A DNA stretch of 60,023 nucleotides, the filler included, from Hausera hauseri (lineage: Eukaryota), in the NCBI GenBank assembly GCA_046269625.1. It is 11 parts of 11 records of this genome, joined end to end, with 100 filler letters (N's around TTAATTAATTAA, not from the genome) between each part and the next. Parts side by side here need not be neighbours in the genome. Positions count along the whole stretch, not along the records: positions 18,397 to 24,209 come from JBJURY010184861.1; positions 24,310 to 34,154 come from JBJURY010277729.1; positions 34,255 to 38,625 come from JBJURY010612777.1; 8 more parts are not named here. One strand, 5' to 3'. Below the pieces are notes generated by a model that made no database searches, had not been told where the DNA came from, and saw only the letters and a program-made list of their open reading frames with translations. Positions 23,965-34,846 of this stretch are shown piece after piece; the first letter of the stretch is position 1, and every line of letters starts with the position of its first letter. The position numbers and the translations under genes are program-made.

Positions 23965-24209
23965 TTGGAAAATCAGAATCCCGAAATGTCCTCAGAACTT
24001 GGAACCAGTTTAGGTAGTAATCTAAACAGTACGATGGTATTACCCATGGAAAAATACGAGGCGAAGCCGGACCAAGATTACGCAGAGTTCATTATGCAAT
24101 ACGAAATGTATTCCGAAAGTTATGGATGGACGGATGAGCATAGGATCAAACGGCTCCCTTTACATCTTAAAGGCATAGCACTTAGTGCTTATACCCAAAT
24201 AAAAGAAGA
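23965..24209 (+). CDS. gag: Gypsy gag N-terminus (cut by contig end)
   Basis: KYEAKPDQDYAEFIMQYEMYSESYGWTDEHRIKRLPLHLKGIALSAY is a Ty3-type capsid pattern, about 100 nt downstream of the PBS. Confidence 0.88.
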
Positions 24210-24309
24210 NNNNNNNNNNNNNNNNNNNNNNNNNNNNNNNNNNNNNNNNNNNNTTAATTAATTAANNNNNNNNNNNNNNNNNNNNNNNNNNNNNNNNNNN
24301 NNNNNNNNN

Positions 24310-24526
24310 GCGTCTCTCCCTTACATTTCTGTAAGCCGCACCGCTATTAACTTTTGCTCAGCTCATCGAGCTCTATCGATTTGAGTCGTTCCGATGTGCA
24401 AAGCTTTTCCCACGGAGGTGGGGGTCGTGAGAAAATTGTGAAATGTGCGGATTAACCAATCAGATGCGCAAAATTGATCGATTGACCAATCAGAGAAGTG
24501 AGGTGGAGAGGACACTTCTACCTACT
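24310..24526 (-). repeat. Copy of the AGTAGGTAGAAGTG-terminal repeat family
   Basis: Reverse complement aligns with 45068-45298 (two CTGATTGGT boxes, GAGCTGAGCAAAAGTTA, GAAATGTAAGGGAGAG). Confidence 0.85.
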
Positions 24527-26539
24527 AATATGCAGTGGTATAGTGCATGTTTCTTGATTGTACATTTGATGAGAGCGGAATTTTACTCTTAACCATGATT
24601 CTCAATGGACGAACAATGATTGAACTTATCGAAGATCAAATTCGTGTTGAGATAATAAAATAGGCGTAATTGAATTATAGTTTTTGCTAGAAGGTAGAAC
24701 AAGATTACTGATATACTAATATATACGATTACAAGTATGGAGATTAACTAAGCACTTTCATGGGATACTCTCGAGAAAAATGTGTATTTGTTTGATCATG
24801 TTTGACTAAAATCAATAGAAACAAATGCATGATATTACTTTACAGATCTGCCCAATATTATAACGAACATAAATTACGTATAGAGATAAAGTTTGATGAT
24901 AAGAAATGGAGACTTTAACAATATTCAGATGAGGTTTGTTTGAAATACCCGATTCAAAACAATTGTATGTTTAGAAGTCTGTTTATTTGTGCCGGCCTTA
25001 TCGCCGAGTAGGACCAGTACGGGGCTCACCTGTTGGTGTCGCGGCGGCGTCTGCCGCGTGGGACGGTATTCTGCCGGGCTGCGCGTTGCCACTCTTCCGA
25101 TCGGCTTTGTTCCAGTGAGGCGACGCGGCGGTCGGTGATATTGCCTGGTTCGTCGTGTGTTAGTCGAGGTATCTTTGGAATACGATACCCCGGAGTCGGT
25201 GATGTCATCGTTTCGCCAAGGGTGGCGTTTGGCCGAATCGTGGCATTGGCCGGGATGGCCTTTGAATCTTGCCTGGAGATCGGTTCGCCTGGTTTTACTA
25301 ACCTGAATGTCGATATCTGGCCTTTACCGATTTGTTTCATTGATTCTGGCATGTTTTCTGTTTATCTTTGAGTCCATCGTTCTGTGCATATTTCTTGAAA
25401 TAATTCGCCTTTTTCTTTTTTGAATATTTCGCTTTTTTGGAAAACTGTGGATTCAAACAAATGAATTTGAATCCACAGATTTTAATTGTCAATTTTTTAT
25501 TATTACAAGTGCTGATCACTTCTGCACTCGTAGTCCGTTTTTATTATTATATTTTTTGTTTCGTAGGCGGACTCTTATTTGTTTAGGATGAATCCGTGAT
25601 TTATTTTGATTTTATTTTTGACCAGGTCTGTGTTGAATTTAAATTTTGAGAAATTTAAATTATTTGAGATTTTACTGATTAATTTTGGATGTTTTGATGT
25701 TTAAAATTTTACGGGGAATAAATTTTTAAATTCTTGATTTTTGTATTTTAATTTTATTTGATCTACTCCGTGATATTAATTTTTGAGGTTTTAAATTTTG
25801 ATGTTTTCGTAATTTAATATTTTTTTGTAAGTTGGAACCTTACAGTATGAAATGAAGATGTTATGTTAGATTAAGATTAGCGAACTAAGAGAGTTATTAT
25901 CCTTGATAATTTAGATCATTATTCATTGAATTTTGATTATTAAATACTGTCTAAATTATATTAAAAGCTCAGTAGTGATAAAAACATGTATTAAATTGCA
26001 TTTGATCAAGTGATCCTTTTATTACAAAATTGATTGATTATTTTGTTAATAAATGCTAATTTGAATTAAAATTATTCAACTCATACAGGAATGTATCAGA
26101 TAATCTGCAAGTAGGAAGGTATTAGATAATCTGCAAGTAGGTATGTGTTCGACAAAATTGGCAATATAATTTTGACGACATAATGAAAATGTACGATAAC
26201 TAATTTTGTTAAATTGTTAATCCAGTGATAAAAATAATTTTGAATAAATACCATAAAAATTTCAAATTTTAGTAAGACAATTCATTAATATAAAGATGTG
26301 TACGTGTACATATATAAAACGATACGATATATATAAGGAGACATATTCCTCTCTTTAACACTGTTTTATTTATTCCAGTCATATCCGTCCGTTGGGTATT
26401 ACAATGATTATTAGGTACAGACATCTTGCATGTAGGACCACCAGCGGACATCACTCCTTCAGAATATTGTATTTGAAAGATTATAGAAGAAAGCTATCAT
26501 AATATTATATGTTAGGGGATATTTGTTCAGGGAATATAT

Positions 26540-26960
26540 AACCTCCAACATGACGAACAAATCGATTATGTTGTTCATCATTGTTTTCGCACAGTTGGTC
26601 ATTCAGAAAATTGCTCTGAATGATAACCAGTTGCTCTGACATAGGCGATCATTCAGAGAATTGCCTTTGATCTTGTTTACAGCCTGGATCACAGTTTGCA
26701 ATGAAGAGTGCAGATCCTCACTTAACTGCTTAGCTACAAGGTATTGTCTGTGTGAAACACAATGAATGGTGAATATTCCAGAAACAGTGGTTTTCAAATG
26801 CTTTAGGAATCCCCGATAGCGACCAACCATCGCCGGTTCCCCATCAGTTGCACAGGCAACGATGTTGTCTAAAGGAATATACATCATATCAAGAAAAATT
26901 TTCAAAGTTGCAAAGATTGATTCCTCCTTACAATCAGTGAGTAATTTTTCTGCAAAAAAT
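26540..26960 (-). pseudogene. hAT transposase fragment (Buster/SCAND3/ZBED8-like)
   Basis: IPLDNIVACATDGEPAMVGRYRGF...IHCVSHRQYLVAKQLSEDLHSSLQTVIQAVNKIK.NSLNDRL. Confidence 0.9.
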
Positions 26961-29109
26961 TAATTCATACACACTGTATTAAGTTTGACATACTCTTTTA
27001 AGTGCTGATATTCGAATAAAACGCCCCAGCTATGATACCAGTGGCAGAGCATCTATCTATTCTGTTTTCTGATATAATATGGATTATTCCAAAACTACCA
27101 GGGATTTTCACAACACGAAGACACGTGAAGACACAAAGACACAACACAAGGCTGGTGAACAGTTTTAAAGCATTTTATAAATAATTGAAAATAATTATTG
27201 CGTAAGTAATATAAAATTAATGACCAAAACTAGACAAATTTATAAAAACAAAATAAGCATAATTTATCATTCATTCTGTTGTATCCATAAATGAAAACAA
27301 TAACTTTACTACATAAAATTACTTTTAAAATTTTTGTAAAAACGCTCCGCTCTCAATTCAACTACATTTTATAATAACGCGTTAAAAATTCTATAAAAAC
27401 ATCAACCATAAAAATAATACTAATGAAAAATTAATTCAATCCTCAAAGTCGAAACAACTACCGATTCATTGGCATCATGTTTGTCGTTCCAATAAATACT
27501 TTCTGAAGCCGTCGAATAGCAACGTAAAAGTCTGACATGCGTCGGCTGAATTACAATAACTCATGTGAAACAACGAAATTATAAAAATACTGAAATTGCT
27601 TGCCTAATCTGATACATTACACGTACGTGATTGTGAAGTTTGAACTTTTTGAAATTGCTCAATTTTACAAATAATATAAACAAAAACTGCATATTTAACT
27701 TATGCTTTCAAATCCGTTAAATATGTTTTGGATAACTTCGTAGTTACTCCATATTTCCATTCTCTTGTGGTGCTCAACCTCCATTGCACCGGCACGCGCT
27801 CCGTAAGTTTGAGGAGAATTTTTCTATAATTTTTTCCGGACACCGAACCTTATGGTTACTGTTTTTACTGGTTTTCCAACCGAGAGATTTTTAAGGTGCA
27901 CAACAATATACACAGACATCTGAACTCAACAAGGAATTTGGTTTTTTTCACCCGAAGATACAGAAACGCAATCTCCCCCACCACCCCTCGCAAAAAAATT
28001 CCTTACTGTGTCTTACCTCGAGAGCAGTGAGTCTCCCCAATTCTACAGTAATCTAGTTCTATACCAACATATGCAATGCAAAAGTTAAACGCTCCAAAGG
28101 TGGTACATTTTTAATACTCGCGTCTGACCACTTGTATTATTGTATGTGAGCATGAAGAGCCTGTGGCTCGCCATCAGAAGTCGTATGATGGAGATAACCA
28201 GCCATACGTCATCGCTTGGGATTGGACGGGAGTAGTTCCATTCCAGAGCGATTCATCATCATCTTTATCATGTGGCATGACCTTTGGAGAACGTCGCCCT
28301 CATCACAGCTCGTATGAAGGAATCTCTGTCTCTAGACAGTGCACATGCGTCCCACAATTTCATTTCAAAATCTCTTTGATGTCTTCGGTCAAACTTGGTC
28401 ATCCATTGCCTCGTGTATCAGGAACAATACCTCCCATTACTGTTCTCTCCATGCCATGATGGCGGCGGTGGATCCCCTGTAGCTGCGAGCTATGTGCTCT
28501 TAGTAGCTGATGCCACTCCATTGATGTACTTGCATAGCCTACCATTGGCTAACATAGTGGAAGGACTGACTGATATAAATTGAAAAGAACCATTGTATAA
28601 CGGAGACCTGCGTTCATAACTGAGGGACAGGTGTGCCTAAGCGTGAAGCAGTGTTTGTACAAATATTCAGATCAGTACATGAATTGAGCAACTGGAGGGG
28701 TACTCCAGAAAGGCTCAGGCCAGTATATCCAGATTAACAGTAGTTAGAAGTGACAGTGGTATATAACGTGTAGAAGCACGGGTGACAACTATGTAGTGGA
28801 GAGGAAGAGTGTGTTACGGTATGGAGATAACGGGATACGAGTGCAGATGAGTTTGTACTGCTGTTGTAATTGTCACAGTAAAGAGATTTCGAGCTGTGAC
28901 CATTGAAGGGTGTCCAGAGTATTTATTGGGTGCCCCTACCTAACCTATAATTCTCTTTTTACTTTTTTTTTCTTTGAGTGTGAGGGCAGAGCGGAGGGTG
29001 TAATAGAAATAGGAACCTATCTATAGCCACAGGCTGTGGATCCCACATCTCAGTGGAGTGGCTTCGGCACGACATTAAACCATAAATACCCCTTTAGCTT
29101 TGTTTCCCC

Positions 29110-29750
29110 GTCTCACATCAATGAAGCAATGTAAATTTGAAGAAGTTACTATAGTAATGTGGGATTTTAGTGCCAAAGTAGGAAGTGAATCAGATGGAGA
29201 AACAACCGGAAATTTTGGTTTAGGGCAGAGAAATAACAGATGAGATAGATTAATAGAACGGGCAGAGTCACACCGCATGATCATAAGTAACATATGGTTT
29301 AAGCATTATGCAAGAGGTTGATGTACACGAAGAAGCCCGGAGACGAATGTTATAATTGTAAAGACTATATAATAGTTCAAACAAAATTAAAAAATGCGCT
29401 GCTATCAGTTATGAAAATACAAAGTGCAAATGATGAAAGTGATTATGTACCTATTGTAATGTAAATCAGAGTAAAGTTGAAGAAAATTAAGACAGCAGCA
29501 AGAAGAAATATTAAACTGGATACTCAATGTTTGAAAACAGACGAGAAACTGAAAATAAATACTGCGTCATAGCAAATATAGAGAGCATAGAGGACCAATG
29601 GGAAATGATACAGGAATCGATAAATGGAAGTGAATCGTGGACAACGAATAAACAAATACAAATCCAATATAGACGCCGCAAAGATGTGGTTCTTGAGTAG
29701 AATGATGAAAATGTCATTGGAATGTAACAAGTCAAATAAATCAGTTTTGG
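29110..29750 (+). pseudogene. RTE-clade LINE apurinic endonuclease remnant
   Basis: VTIVMWDFSAKVG...TGNFGLGQRN.R.DRLIE...MIISNIWF matches the RTE motif MGDFNAKVG...G.FGLG.RN.RG.RL. Confidence 0.75.
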
Positions 29751-30303
29751 AGGATTAATTTCCGATACAAGAAAACGACAGTCAGAGTGTGTGACAGATA
29801 ATTGAGTTAGTTAGTTAATCGACAGATCATCATCACTGCACACATGACAAGTCCAAAGGTGCTCCGATTTCATCCTCAGTATATCCGTCATCACACAAAG
29901 ACTGACAGTTCCGGTTCTGTGTTGGTTAATAAAGCGTCTCCTATTCTCCCAGTGACCCTAACCTTGTGTTTACAAGCCGGAGCTGCCATACCTAACCAAA
30001 CGACACACAGCACACTACACACTGACGAATACACTCAGGAAGAATTCAGCACAGATGCACGTTCACCGTCGCACCGGCGAAGACTTTCAGTGAGTGAACC
30101 TGCTAGTTTACTTCTGGCACAACTTTCCGCTCAAAAACACTGAAAATATCAGCTCCAATACGAAAACGTTGTAACGTCAAGCAGAATGAGAAAAGATAGA
30201 CTGGAATAACAACAAGCAAAATATAGAAGAAGAAGTCAGAGGACGACGGATATGGTTTGACAACGTGCCACAGAGAAACATCATCAACAGGTTAATATTG
30301 AAC

Positions 30304-30488
30304 GGGGTTCTCTGTGGCTCAGTGGTTAGGGCGGTCGCCTCGGAATTCATTGGTAGGGGGTTCAAAACCACGCAGGATCCCATTCACGATGGACTCACCA
30401 TCTATTATGAGTTTTAGTGGGGCCATTGAAATGTTGAGGGCTGTTGCTGACACCCTTACGCATCACAATAATGCACAATGGTAAAAAA
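30304..30488 (+). mobile_element. tRNA-derived SINE
   Basis: A box TGGCTCAGTGG and B box GGTTCAAAAC in a tRNA-like head, followed by a non-tRNA body and an A-rich end. Confidence 0.65.
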
Positions 30489-30774
30489 TTTTTTATTTGT
30501 TTTGGACATCGAAAACAAGACATAAGGACATATGGAGAGACATAATTGTCAACGCCATAAAGCAGGGCACTTCATGATGATGGACAACAAACATGAAATA
30601 AAGACGAAATACTCCACAATGCACATAGCTCCGAATTTGATGGCCGTTTGTTTTTCTAGGCACCACAACTTTTATCTGAGGAATGCTAAATTGCATCTTT
30701 TCATACAGAGAGTATGTTAGGACGTCAAATATATATATATATATATAAGTGACCATTCCTCTTATTTGTTTCAG

Positions 30775-30899
30775 GTAATCACGTGACCATACAACTGAAA
30801 GAAGGTGACAGAGTTTACGTGAAAACTCGCCGTTCTGTTCATCTCTATGGCCGACCCTATGACGCCCTCAACACCTTTTCTGGACGCCTGATTCAGTGA
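30775..30899 (+). CDS. Terminal exon of a C1q-domain protein
   Basis: After acceptor TTTGTTTCAG the frame reads (G)NHVTIQLKEGDRVYVK...LYG......NTFSGRLIQ*, the C1q C-terminal signature L..GD.V.V...TFSG.L. Confidence 0.85.
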
Positions 30900-31389
30900 A
30901 ATTTTCCTGCCTCAGCAGCTGAGTTTCAATATCCAGGTTCAATACCAGGATTCTTGTTTCTAGCACCATGATTACACAAAGAAATTATAAAACTCTATTA
31001 CACTAAGAAATAATAATGCACACACACGCGCTTACACTCCTGCACGATTTGACACAAAAAGAAAAATTGTAATGAACAATTGTTAGAGAGAATTTTTGTT
31101 TAAAATTGTATCATTAATCGTAAAGTTAAAAAAGTGAATGAATTATCGTTTCTGATTGCTTGCTACAACTATACAGATTAATGCTAATATATCGTAATAA
31201 TATGTTAAACAAAATTAAAAGATATGAAGCAAAAGCACAATTGTTTAGTTTTTGTTTTGTTTCGTTATGTTTCTTGTCTCATCTTATTTACTGTTTATTG
31301 ACTTTAGACCAAAACTTTTATAGAAATGGGTTGACACACAGAGACACGCATGCGTACAGTGCGCGCGCACACACAAACTAACACACACA

Positions 31390-31760
31390 TCTTTCCATCT
31401 GATAATCATTATTCTGCAAAGGCAGCGCAGATGAAAACTGTTGACTCTTTTCACTTGGCCTGCATAGGTTGTCCGAGTTTCAGACCCATGTAAGAGTGTA
31501 CTTGGTACGCAGGCTTGGTAAACGAGCATTTTAGTCTTGAGTGTTAACTTTGTATTATTCCATGCTCTTTTTTGCCAGTTTTCAAAAAGTTGTGGCTGCT
31601 TTTCCAAATTCGTATGTTGTTGATTTCCTCATCTAAAGATAGCGTTGCAGTTATAGTGGACCCTAGATAGTTTACACAATTTCAAGCTTATTTCCATTTA
31701 GAGTGATATTTGGTGGTGTGATGTCACTCTGTCCAAGAATGACAGTTATCTTAATATTAA
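31390..31760 (-). pseudogene. RTE LINE RT C-terminal fragment
   Basis: WNNTKLTLKTKMLVYQACVPSTLLHGSE..TTYA...NSFHLRCL..I..IRWKD. Confidence 0.85.
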
Positions 31761-32199
31761 TGGACAAAGAGAATAATTCGCAAGCCCTGGCCAAGTTGTT
31801 AATACCTGAAGTGTGGTCTTATTATGAGAAACAATGGCTATATATATATTTTACATCTTATTCAAGCCCCTATATCCAAAAATGCAGTATCCAAAGCGAA
31901 ATGTAATTTTCTACGTGTATAATTTTGGCCTCCCAATTTTTCTTTCCGTTATAACAATTAATCAAACAATGTTTGTGTGAGAAGACGGCTGTCATCCATT
32001 CTACTGACATACACTAACCAGCTGTTACTATCAAGAAAGATGGTAGGACAGTTAGTAGAGAGAACCCCATCACTGCCCTCAACACAATTAGACTAACAGT
32101 TCTGGCGATTGCAGCACGTCGGCACCCAAACGCTGAAGCATATAATCTGCTCGGTCCATCTATGTCTATCTCCTTTTCATTCTGCTATCATATACCTGC

Positions 32200-32640
32200 G
32201 GAAAACGGTGGTTATATAATGGCTATACTTCTGTATGCATGTGAAACATGGGCAACAAATTAACAAATGAAAAAGGAGATATATTAGGAGCGTGGTTTTG
32301 GAAAAAAAATGCAACGAATCATCAGGACAGGAAAGAAAACAAATCAAGAAATCATGAGTGAAGTTGAAGAATATCGCAGTCGTTTCAGTAGCCGTGACAT
32401 CAAAGACAATCAAATGTCCTATGACATGTGACAGGAAGACAAGAACTGGATAATCTGGCAATTATTGGAAAGTTTGAAACACAGATAGGAAGGGGTAGAC
32501 CAAGAGAAGAGTTCCTAGATGTGTTGACCAATTGGCATGGGAAAGAGAGTGCAGCAGAACAGATTGGAGATAGCAAAGATCGCATATTTTGCAGAGACAT
32601 GATCGGTCACGCCTACCGGAATGACACCTAAAAAATGAAT
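32200..32640 (+). pseudogene. RTE LINE 3' fragment
   Basis: LLYACETWA...LDNLAIIGKFETQIGRGRPREEFLD. Related 3' ends occur near 28240-28460, 30500-30590, 32740-32870 and 33855-34154. Confidence 0.75.
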
Positions 32641-33329
32641 GAACATCGCCATGTAGCATTCCATTAGCCGAACGTCGCTCTCATCACAGCCCGCCCGAAA
32701 GACTTTCTTTCTTACGCCACCTTACCTGTCTCTTTATTTATGTTCAGAGTCTCCTAGATGTCTTGTGTCTACGTCGTCCTGGTCAACCATTGCCTCGTGT
32801 GCTTTGAGCATACCTTTCATTACTGACCTTTCCTGACCATCATAGTGTTTAACGTGGCCAGTGTATTTCAGCTTTCGAGACATGACACTGATTATAACCC
32901 AGGTATCTATGATGTTAAATTCTCGGAGTATGCCTTATTCCATTATATTGTGAGGACATTTTTGAAGGCATCTATTGTTGTCTTTATTACTTGTGTTAAC
33001 TTCCCAGGATTAACATCCATGGGTTGCCACAGTGAAGATATCCTATCATTTGCCGTTCTGATTTATATAAGACGAAAGGCTCCATTCTTTTCAATTATAA
33101 GTGAAAACTTTAATTTCCCAAAGAAAACTTAAGGATTTATTTCATGAAGAAGAAGTGAAAGTGCAAGAGAAAAACTCATGTATAATTCATATATAATACA
33201 AAATACTGTTTTCTTCTGGACTCGAGTCTGGTACACACCGAATGCATGATACAAGAAGCTGAACTTACATTATCACAGAGGCAGATCAGTTTTCAAATAT
33301 TTGCGACATCAAACTAGTAATGCAGTTAC

Positions 33330-33853
33330 CAGAATATCATTAAAACATACCAGGAAAGGATAGAGCACACACAATAGCAAATAAATAATCCAGACAAGAA
33401 CAGATACATACACCCGTGACTCTGAGTACAGCCACACAAATCATACAAACAAACATCAGGAACGATGGTTAATAGATGGGCCATGGGAAAGACGGGGAGT
33501 TTTTAATTATCTACTAGTTTCCAACCCAAATGACAGCATTAATAAATAAAACGGAACAGAACAAACCATCATTTTCAGAATACGAACTGGACACGCTCAG
33601 CTGAACAATAACATAAACAGAATACAGACTCAATATCCTCAGTGTATCCACATTGCGATTATACATATGAAACCGTAAACTGCCCAGAACTTGAAGACAT
33701 CAGAGTCTTCCTCTGAGACCAGACAGATACAACACATTATACGCCACAACGAGACAGACGGAAAATACCTCCAGATATCATTATTTGGCATTGGGACGAA
33801 AGTTGAAAGATCAGACTAGCTGAATCCACAACAATAGAAACAATAACAACAAT
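33330..33853 (+). pseudogene. 3' end of an I-group-like LINE (post-RNase H/CCHC region) with (AAC/AAT)n tail
   Basis: EQTIIFRIRTGHAQLNNNINRI...PQC.H motif and a simple-repeat tail. Confidence 0.55.
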
Positions 33854-33854
33854 A

Positions 33855-34154
33855 TGTATCATCATCATTATCATGTGCCCTGCCTAATGGCATTGGCGAT
33901 CATGTCTCTCCACATCTCTCTATCACTTGTGCTCGTATCAAACCTTTCGATGTTTGTTTTTACCATGCCATGTTGTGTTGTCAAACCAGTCATAAATGTT
34001 CTGCCCCTTTCTTCCTTTGGCTCTCTTCCCATCTATTTTGCCCGTTGTTATTAAATTATCCAATCCCCCTTTCTCACTACATGTCCGAAAATATTTTATT
34101 GTTGTTTTCTTATATCTGAATTCTTCTTCTGTTTGCATTAGTTTCTTCAATATA
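33855..34154 (-). pseudogene. RTE LINE 3' fragment with (GAT)n tail
   Basis: GGLDNLITTGKIDGKRAKGRK; tail reads ATGATAATGATGATG on the minus strand. Confidence 0.75.
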
Positions 34155-34254
34155 NNNNNNNNNNNNNNNNNNNNNNNNNNNNNNNNNNNNNNNNNNNNTT
34201 AATTAATTAANNNNNNNNNNNNNNNNNNNNNNNNNNNNNNNNNNNNNNNNNNNN

Positions 34255-34456
34255 TTCTTTACAATTACGTTTTTCATGTAACTGGTACCTTTCTTTACAT
34301 TTATGATAATAGGATCCAATGGTATTTGTACAAAAATGCTCGCAGCAACTATTTTGATATGCGTATTCATCTTCGTTTGTAAAATAATATACTTTGAAAC
34401 CTTTTTTCTGTACGGTTCCGTCCGAGAAGAGTGCGATTTTAACTTCATTTGTATTG
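34255..34456 (-). pseudogene. BMP1/tolloid-like CUB-EGF coding fragment
   Basis: NEVKIALFSDGTVQKKGFKVYYFT-NEDEYAYQNSCCEHFCTNTIGSYYHKCKERYQLHEKRNCKE resembles tolloid F.SD.TV.KKGF...D.DEC...NGGC.H.C.NT.GSY.C.C..G..LH....CKE. Some Cys/Gly residues are lost. Not present in the ORF track. Confidence 0.8.
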
Positions 34457-34846
34457 AAATTTCATTTAGTTATTCCAACAATATTAATTGTAAATTCATG
34501 CGTGGAAAATCGATTGTTTGAGCCGTTGTATATGGTGGTTGCGTTCGAATGGAAAAGTTATGAATGGAATACAATTGCAGATGCTGGACGGAGATGGGAG
34601 CTAAAGACTGTTCTGCTGCACAGTAATTTGCGAGTTTTCGTTTGTTATGTGTCGTGGATAATTTTGAACACTGACAAAATATTCCTAACTTTCTCTAAGA
34701 CGATCTAATTGAAATCTACAAAATTCGACATGATTAAAGCGGTTATTTACAGAGGATTCAAAGATATTTTGTAGACGTTGCAATATATGAAACTACAACT
34801 TCATGAACGTTATTTGTCACTAGAATATGAATTGCTGCAATGAAAT

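Noticed and set aside
12929-24209. Head-to-head inverted pair of Gypsy elements as a dsRNA source
   Set aside because: The elements are on separate contigs and too divergent to base-pair.
26097-26141. Direct repeat AGATAATCTGCAAGTAGG x2 as a CRISPR-like array
   Set aside because: Only two copies with an ~8-nt gap in eukaryotic DNA; a simple local duplication.
28590-28950. Solo LTR
   Set aside because: LTR-like composition and a TATA-like motif, but no clear TG...CA ends or TSD.
30304-30380. tRNA gene
   Set aside because: A and B boxes are present, but there is no clean cloverleaf and the sequence continues into a SINE-like body.
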